From contig CAWFJP010000004.1 of the NCBI GenBank assembly GCA_963816145.1, positions 1-64,000 on the forward strand: a DNA stretch of 64,000 nucleotides, in the 5' to 3' direction. Source of the stretch: an uncultured delta proteobacterium (GTDB taxonomy: Bacteria > Desulfobacterota > Binatia > UBA9968). The translations under genes and the position numbers were made by a program. Under the pieces are notes generated by a model. That model was not told the origin of the DNA and searched no databases. It saw only the letters and a program-made list of their open reading frames with translations. Shown here piece after piece: positions 61,633 through 64,000 of this stretch. Numbering within the stretch: position 1 is the stretch's first letter; each line of letters opens with the position of its first letter.

Positions 61633-63162
61633 GTGACTGGCCAAAAAAAACCTCGAGTGCTCATTTTTGTGGTCGCCTATAATGCCGAGCGGACCATTGA
61701 AAGTGTTCTGGCGCGTATCCCAGTCAGCTTGGCCGGCGACTACGAGGTCGAGATTCTTGCCATCGACGATTCTTCGCGCGATCGCACTTTCGAAGTCGGT
61801 CATAGGATTGAATTGGCCGGTTCTTCGCCTTTTCCGCTGCACGTCCTGTTCAATCCGGTCAACCAGGGCTATGGCGGCAATCAGAAAATCGGTTATCACT
61901 ATGCGATTCAGAACAACTTCGATTTTGTCGCATTGCTGCATGGGGATGGCCAGTATGCGCCGGAGGTGCTTCCGGAGCTTTTGAAGCCGCTCGATCAGGG
62001 GATAGCCGACGCGGTATTCGGCTCGCGAATGCTCAGCCGAGGGGCGGCACGCAAGGGCGGTATGCCGCTCTACAAGTTAGTCGGCAACAAGATTCTCACG
62101 TCGTTTCAAAACCGGTTGTTGCGCACGAATTTGAGTGAGTTTCATTCCGGCTATCGAATTTACTCGGTGGCCGCACTTAAAAGGCTGCCGTTCGACCGCA
62201 ACACCAACGACTTTCACTTCGATACCGAAATAATCATTCAGCTGATCAAAGCGTGTATGCGCATCCACGAGATACCCATTCCGACCTACTACGGCAATGA
62301 AATTTGCCACGTCAACGGAATCAAGTACGCCTGGGACGTCGCCAAAACGACCCTTAGATCGCGGGCTCACGAGCTGTGTATTTTTTATGACAGTAAATTC
62401 GACTGCGAGCCAGAGCAGGCGGCCAACGCTTACTATGAACCCAAGCTAGGTTACGACAGCTCGCATAGCGCGATTCTCGACCTCGTGCCGGCAGGTTCTA
62501 AAGTTTTGGATCTGGGATGCGCGGGAGGCTACATGTGCGCGTTGCTGCAGCGGGATCGCGATTGTGACTGCACCGGCGTCGATATCTTTCCGCTGCCGCA
62601 AAAAATTGTCTTGAACCGATTTGTTCAGCATGACCTGAACATGGGGCCACCTCAGTTGGAATTTTCAGACTACGACTATGTATTGCTGCAAGACGTCATC
62701 GAGCACCTGGTATCACCAGAATTGTTTTTGGATCGCTTGCGCGAAAGTATGAAGTATTGCACGGGGACAAAAATCATCGTCACCACGCCCAATGTTGGCT
62801 TTGTTATTATCCGATTGATGCTGCTGCTCGGGCAATTCAACTACGGTAAGCGCGGCATTCTCGACCTTACACACAAACGACTCTTTACCTTCGCATCGAT
62901 CGGGCATCTTTTCGACCAACATGGCTTCCAAGTTTCAACTTGCCGCGGCATCCCGGCGCCGTTTCCGGTGGCGCTTGGACAGGGCTTTTTGAGCCGATTC
63001 TTGATTGCGCTTAACAAATGCTTGCTTCGACTGTTACCCTCTATGTTTTCCTATCAGATACTTGCAGTGGCTGAACCGAGGCCTTCGTTGGAGATCCTAT
63101 TACAGCGTGCCCTGGACGAATCTGCCTCCCGCGCACAGGACTTGGCAGCGAACTTGTCGTGA
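61633..63162 (+). CDS. GT2 glycosyltransferase fused to a class I SAM methyltransferase
   Basis: VVAYNAE..IDDSS..NQGYGGNQKIG..LHGDGQY (GT2), then KVLDLGCAGG..DVIEHL..TPN (MTase). Confidence 0.88.
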   Translation: MTGQKKPRVLIFVVAYNAERTIESVLARIPVSLAGDYEVEILAIDDSSRDRTFEVGHRIELAGSSPFPLHVLFNPVNQGYGGNQKIGYHYAIQNNFDFVALLHGDGQYAPEVLPELLKPLDQGIADAVFGSRMLSRGAARKGGMPLYKLVGNKILTSFQNRLLRTNLSEFHSGYRIYSVAALKRLPFDRNTNDFHFDTEIIIQLIKACMRIHEIPIPTYYGNEICHVNGIKYAWDVAKTTLRSRAHELCIFYDSKFDCEPEQAANAYYEPKLGYDSSHSAILDLVPAGSKVLDLGCAGGYMCALLQRDRDCDCTGVDIFPLPQKIVLNRFVQHDLNMGPPQLEFSDYDYVLLQDVIEHLVSPELFLDRLRESMKYCTGTKIIVTTPNVGFVIIRLMLLLGQFNYGKRGILDLTHKRLFTFASIGHLFDQHGFQVSTCRGIPAPFPVALGQGFLSRFLIALNKCLLRLLPSMFSYQILAVAEPRPSLEILLQRALDESASRAQDLAANLS

Positions 63163-63339
63163 CTGCCGGCAAATCGCTCTATCTGGTTTGCGTGCCGTCT
63201 TTTTGGCTGTGTCGGTCCGGCAATTCGCGGTCGGTTGGGCAGTCGGTCTATCGTCACTTTCGATGAAATGACTTAGTTTTGACTCTCCCCGGCCTATCCA
63301 TTACATTGTTTGGACTTCCCTGCCGAATAGGAACGTTTA

Positions 63340-64000
63340 ATGGTCGAAATGGACAAGATTGTGTCGCTGTGCAAGCGGCGCGGCTTTATTTTTCAATCCA
63401 GCGAGATTTATGGCGGGACCGGGTCTTGTTGGGACTACGGTCCACTGGGGGTCGAGCTCAAGAACAACGTCAAGCGCGCTTGGTGGCGCGACTGCGTGCA
63501 GAACCGCGGCGACATGGTCGGGCTCGATGCGTCGATTCTCATGCACCCGCGGGTCTGGAAGGCGAGCGGTCATTTGGACCATTTCACCGATCCGATGGTC
63601 GACTGCAAGGCGTGCAAGGGACGCTTTCGCGCGGACAAGCTCGAGGATGCGCGCTGCCCGCAGAAGCCGTCGAAGCAGCCTGGCCAGCATGACGCTTGCG
63701 CGCTCACCGAGGCGCGAATGTTCAATCTCATGTTTAAAACCTTCATGGGGCCGGTGGAGGATGATGCTGCGGTTGCTTATCTTCGGCCGGAAACCGCGCA
63801 GGGGATTTTCGTCAACTTCGAGAATGTCCAGCAGTCGATGCGTTTGAAGCTGCCCTTTGGTATCGCCCAGATCGGCAAGTCTTTCCGCAACGAAATCACA
63901 CCGGGTAATTTTACGTTTCGCACCCGTGAATTCGAGCAAATGGAAATCGAATTCTTCGTCATGCCGGGGACCGACGAGGACTGGCACCAACGCTGGCTCG
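63340..64000 (+). CDS. glyQS: Glycine--tRNA ligase (homodimeric alpha2 type), runs off the right edge
   Basis: Translated by hand: [62 protein letters not shown]. Confidence 0.93.
   Translation, partial: MVEMDKIVSLCKRRGFIFQSSEIYGGTGSCWDYGPLGVELKNNVKRAWWRDCVQNRGDMVGLDASILMHPRVWKASGHLDHFTDPMVDCKACKGRFRADKLEDARCPQKPSKQPGQHDACALTEARMFNLMFKTFMGPVEDDAAVAYLRPETAQGIFVNFENVQQSMRLKLPFGIAQIGKSFRNEITPGNFTFRTREFEQMEIEFFVMPGTDEDWHQRWL

Noticed and set aside
63337-63990. 217-aa minus-strand ORF
   Set aside because: Antisense of glyQS, which runs on the plus strand past the window end.

Overview
Bacterial chromosome segment, probably from a deltaproteobacterial-grade organism. The gene order and REP-type repeats are reminiscent of Candidatus Binatia, which is inference only. 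Five blocks are visible. (1) 1-12 kb: an AT-richer, partly decayed type II PKS/FAS cluster of the aryl-polyene / 'ladderane-like' type, with a KS, a KS/CLF pair, three ACPs, a stand-alone condensation domain, a PlsC-dehydratase fusion, two FAD oxidoreductases, and broken fabG, lolA-like, thioesterase and LpxL-like genes. (2) 12-20 kb: an LLM monooxygenase, an intact IS1182-family element (CTAG duplication) splitting a peptidoglycan-binding lipoprotein gene, IS debris, a truncated second KS and three tandem paralogous small secreted proteins. (3) 20-28 kb: ordinary transport and enzyme genes. (4) 28.5-48.2 kb: an accessory block whose core is an apparently all-extracytoplasmic signalling/secretion module. 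It contains a CHASE2 class III cyclase with guanylate-cyclase-like specificity residues, an exported TPR-CHAT caspase-like protease, DUF928, TpsB, TpsA, two more secreted proteins, two sigma54 promoters and a dead second CHASE2 cyclase. Several of these genes carry single-base frameshifts. (5) 48.2-64 kb: core genes xerC-hslVU-argBDFGH-lipoprotein-lysA-dapF-dapA-dapB, a GT2-methyltransferase fusion and the start of glyQS. Intergenic DNA holds nested REP/MITE-like elements, including a hairpin-ended element inserted twice at the same base of a CACGAAG repeat. No rRNA, tRNA or CRISPR array was recognised.
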